The notes under the pieces were generated by a model, which was given only the letters and a program-made list of their open reading frames with translations, ran no database searches and was not told where the DNA came from. Positions 62,094-64,000 of a stretch of 64,000 nucleotides of DNA are shown here, in pieces. How positions within the stretch are numbered: position 1 is the stretch's first letter; each line of letters opens with the position of its first letter. The DNA is from a virus. The DNA lies in IMG/VR virus record IMGVR_UViG_3300023184_000034, positions 97,030 to 161,029 of that record. One strand, 5' to 3'. Made by a program: the position numbers and the translations under genes.

Positions 62094-63465
62094 AGTAAAC
62101 AGATCCTAATTCTGGAATATACTCATTTACACTTGCTCCTCGATGAGTATCTAATGTTTGCAATATAGATCCAAATCTTTTAATTCCGTGTTCGATATCC
62201 ATGTCATTAATTTCTTTACTTTGTAATTGATTTATTACAACATCTACTATTCCGTGCATTTCTACAAACTCTTTTAAAACTGTACTTGTTTCTTTGTACT
62301 TTCTCAGTCTTTGAATTGCTTCAAGTTTAATATGATCTGGCAGATATTCAATTCGTTGATAGTAAGGAGTCCATAACAGATTTAAATTATATGGCCAGTA
62401 GTTAAAATACGGTGCAGTATTTGCCTGCTCATCAACCCAGTATAAAAGTTTATCTAAATTAAGCACGTTTAGTGCAGTTACTGTGATATTCATTACTATT
62501 TTAACATTCGGATGAATAGTATACTGTTTAGCTCGAATATAGTTTTTCTTAATAGCCTCCCACTTGCTTGGAAATCTAGTATACTCTTGAACTTTTTCAA
62601 AACCGTCAATACTTGCAATGAGTTCAAATCGTTTGTAATGTGGCATTAATTCGAGGAAATTTTTATTGAGATTTGTATAATTGCTTGAGCAAAATACAAC
62701 AATGTTTTTTGCATAATTGTTTTCAACACAATATCGTAATGCCCTTAAAACAAATTCAGACAATGTAGGCTCGCCGCCTGCAAAACTCAATGTTTTTAAT
62801 GTAGGCGCCATTGCAATAAAGCTATCCCAAACACCTGGATTGTCAGAGTAATCAGTTAATGGCACTTCTATATATGCTTCATTTTCTTCAATGATGCCTG
62901 TCTTGTATTTATTAATAGAGTCAAACCTTCCTGCAACCACATTAATTCCTTTGAATTTTTTTGACATGTCTACTAGTTCTTTTCCTATCTGACTACTGTC
63001 ATATGAATTACATATTATACATTTAAGATTGCATAAATTTGAAGGTTTTAGTTCTAGACGAATTGGTAAATGTTTTACTTTAAAATTATTATTAATTGTG
63101 TTATCGACTAGTTGCAATACTTCTCTATCGTTTTTATATTCTTTTACGGACCGAGATCTCATGCTTGCATTACCGTCTCTTTTGCAGATATCGCATTCTT
63201 TGGGCAATTTCCCCTTCCACATGGATCTACGAAGTTCTTGTAAATTTTCAGTTTCCCAGATTTTTTCAAAAGTGGCGCCAGGGTCATGTATTGACAATAC
63301 GTTTTTCAAACTTATTTTATCCGAACCGTCAGGGTACAAGTACCCATCGTAATAACAGCATGGACGAGTATGCCCTGCAGGATTTGTACTTAATTCTAAA
63401 TACGGGTGGAAACAAAATGTTTCGCTTTCAATAATTTGTTTTCGTAAATTGTCTAATTCATCCAT
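62086..63465 (-). CDS. Radical SAM protein with Twitch/SPASM-like N-terminus
   Basis: CFHPY..PCC..CDIC; CNLKCIIC; GGEP; ASIDG. Confidence 0.88.
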   Translation of the reverse strand: MDELDNLRKQIIESETFCFHPYLELSTNPAGHTRPCCYYDGYLYPDGSDKISLKNVLSIHDPGATFEKIWETENLQELRRSMWKGKLPKECDICKRDGNASMRSRSVKEYKNDREVLQLVDNTINNNFKVKHLPIRLELKPSNLCNLKCIICNSYDSSQIGKELVDMSKKFKGINVVAGRFDSINKYKTGIIEENEAYIEVPLTDYSDNPGVWDSFIAMAPTLKTLSFAGGEPTLSEFVLRALRYCVENNYAKNIVVFCSSNYTNLNKNFLELMPHYKRFELIASIDGFEKVQEYTRFPSKWEAIKKNYIRAKQYTIHPNVKIVMNITVTALNVLNLDKLLYWVDEQANTAPYFNYWPYNLNLLWTPYYQRIEYLPDHIKLEAIQRLRKYKETSTVLKEFVEMHGIVDVVINQLQSKEINDMDIEHGIKRFGSILQTLDTHRGASVNEYIPELGSVYYE

Positions 63466-64000
63466 TTAGATTATCTCCTAAAAATAATGCAGATTTTATT
63501 TTATTCATTTCGGGAATGGTAACAAATGTATTTTCATCTCGTATGCGATCCAACTGTCGAGTAATTTCTACAAACTCCTTTGCAGATTCCTTGTCAAAGG
63601 GTGTTGCAAGTTCATGAAGTATGTATGAGAATCTACTTGACACATCAGTGTCATACTTGTTGTTAAATTCAACAACAAAGTTTTCTAATTTTTCAATTAT
63701 CTTTTTCTTAAAATCGTTAGGCAATATACGCACATGATAATGTTTTGGATCCATCAGCATGTTGACAAAAAAGTTATCGTAATTAATTCCAAATTCTTTT
63801 TTAGATTTGATCACGCCAATGTTGATCAACTCGGTGATTATTTCAGGTAATCTGCACACATTCCAGGCACCGACAGTCATGCCAGGACGCACAATGATGT
63901 TGTCTAATTCCATCATGGCTTTGAGGTTTGCTTCTACCTTACTCCACACTGTGCCAGCACGTATTAGTTCAGCACGAGCTCCATTTCGTCAATACTGGGC
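63458..64000 (-). CDS. Radical SAM protein, C-terminal part (frameshift near 63983)
   Basis: PSIDE / GARAELIRAGTVWSKV motif split across frames; C-terminus LDRIRDE resembles the neighbouring radical SAM C-termini. Confidence 0.6.

Overview
This is a 64-kb segment of a large T4-like (gp55-type late promoter) myovirus, probably a jumbo phage, infecting a Gram-negative host (it has a holin, GH19 endolysin and two-component spanin). It uses the standard code and almost all genes are on the minus strand. In window order: (1) replication genes (sliding-clamp N-terminus, UDP-glucose dehydrogenase-like gene, family-B DNA polymerase, DsbA-like protein); (2) a 13.5-kb block of putative capsid-packaged, prohead-protease-processed proteins, including Dps, an HxGH nucleotidyltransferase and a Pol-beta NTase/RNA-ligase-like fusion; (3) a proteostasis block (ClpA, peptide deformylase, DnaJ); (4) the lysis cassette; (5) PhoH, dCMP deaminase, clamp loader, GroES and a DnaE-fragment protein; (6) a baseplate/tail-fibre block with a 4710-aa fibre and an embedded GT25 glycosyltransferase; (7) stress and cofactor genes (ErpA/IscA, SOD, UvsE, QueD-like); (8) an AT-rich island with a sugar dehydratase and three radical SAM genes. 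Non-coding highlights are a preQ1-I-like pseudoknot at the predicted 5' end of the queD mRNA, tandem GCCnUAAA hairpins before the polymerase RBS, sigma70 promoters nested inside terminator hairpins, and RBS-sequestering switches. I found no tRNA, rRNA, CRISPR array or mobile element. All calls come from reading motifs by eye; no searches were run.
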